64,000 bases of DNA, taken from Candidatus Obscuribacterales bacterium. GTDB taxonomy: Bacteria > Cyanobacteriota > Vampirovibrionia > Obscuribacterales > Obscuribacteraceae. The position numbers were made by a program, and so were the translations under genes. Below the pieces are notes generated by a model. It saw only the letters and a program-made list of their open reading frames with translations. It did no database searches and was not told the DNA's origin. Below are positions 63,635-64,000 of the stretch, piece by piece (positions within the stretch are counted from its first letter, which is position 1; each line of letters opens with the position of its first letter). The stretch lies in NCBI GenBank assembly GCA_965228855.1, contig CBDDIJ010000002.1, forward strand, positions 1,984,001 through 2,048,000. Reading direction: 5' to 3'.

Positions 63635-64000
63635 ATGTCCGAAGACTTCTCAGATGAAGATATTCAGTGCCCCGGTTGGGACGCGATCGATAGTTCCACG
63701 AACGCTATTTATGGCGAGCAGGAGCCGCTTCACTTTGGAACGTTGGTAAAGTATGCACTCGGCGGTCCCGATCCGCTTGATGGCTTTTCCGTTTTCAAAT
63801 CCGAGAAAGACCGACCTCACTGGCACTATGTGACGTATGGTTTCAGCGAGCTCTACGAGAAAGAGAGCGAGGACCCGGCTTGCAGTGGATATGGATTCGA
63901 GCTGACCATGCGCGTTCCCATCGAATCAGATGAGCCACCGATGTGGGTAATGAATTTCTTTCAGAATATTGCCCGCTATGTTTTCGGCAGCGGCAATACT
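63635..64000 (+). CDS. Suppressor-of-fused (SUFU) domain protein, partial (absent from ORF track)
   Basis: Manual translation: MSEDFSDEDIQCPGWDAID...LGGPDPLDG...PHWHYVTYGFSELY...SGYGFELTMR...PPMW...QNIARYVF. Confidence 0.9.
   Translation, partial: MSEDFSDEDIQCPGWDAIDSSTNAIYGEQEPLHFGTLVKYALGGPDPLDGFSVFKSEKDRPHWHYVTYGFSELYEKESEDPACSGYGFELTMRVPIESDEPPMWVMNFFQNIARYVFGSGNT

Overview
Gene-dense bacterial chromosomal window. The gene repertoire (kinase-TM-LRR proteins, DUF4388-GGDEF, stand-alone multi-MshEN, many TPR proteins) suggests Vampirovibrionia/Melainabacteria, Obscuribacterales-like; this is inference only. Bases 1-23731 hold a divergently transcribed, atypical type IV secretion system (T4SS)-like locus. 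Rightward: two secreted Gly/Pro-rich proteins, a lipoprotein with a TolC-like helical segment, two tandem extended VirB6/TrbL-like paralogs (909 aa and ~1900 aa, the larger carrying an apparently undescribed helical repeat array and His/Pro repeats), DUF2225, PrgI/VirB3-like, a VirB4-like ATPase and two bitopic NTF2/VirB8-like proteins. Leftward: two exported TPR proteins, two small 2-TM proteins and a partial VirB10/TrbI-like gene. No relaxase, coupling protein, VirB11 or integrase is visible. The remainder holds signalling genes (HK/RR pair split by an orphan tadC, degenerate GGDEF, MshEN repeats, two kinase-LRR proteins), a LysM protein, ribE-ribBA, two TPR/double aspartyl proteases, thiolase-ligA, a partial phenylacetate-type cluster with an Oah-like crotonase, an internally duplicated CPBP protease and two orphan immunity-family genes (Ank-SMI1/KNR4, SUFU). 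No rRNA, tRNA, CRISPR array or IS element was recognised. All family calls are by-eye motif recognition, not database searches.
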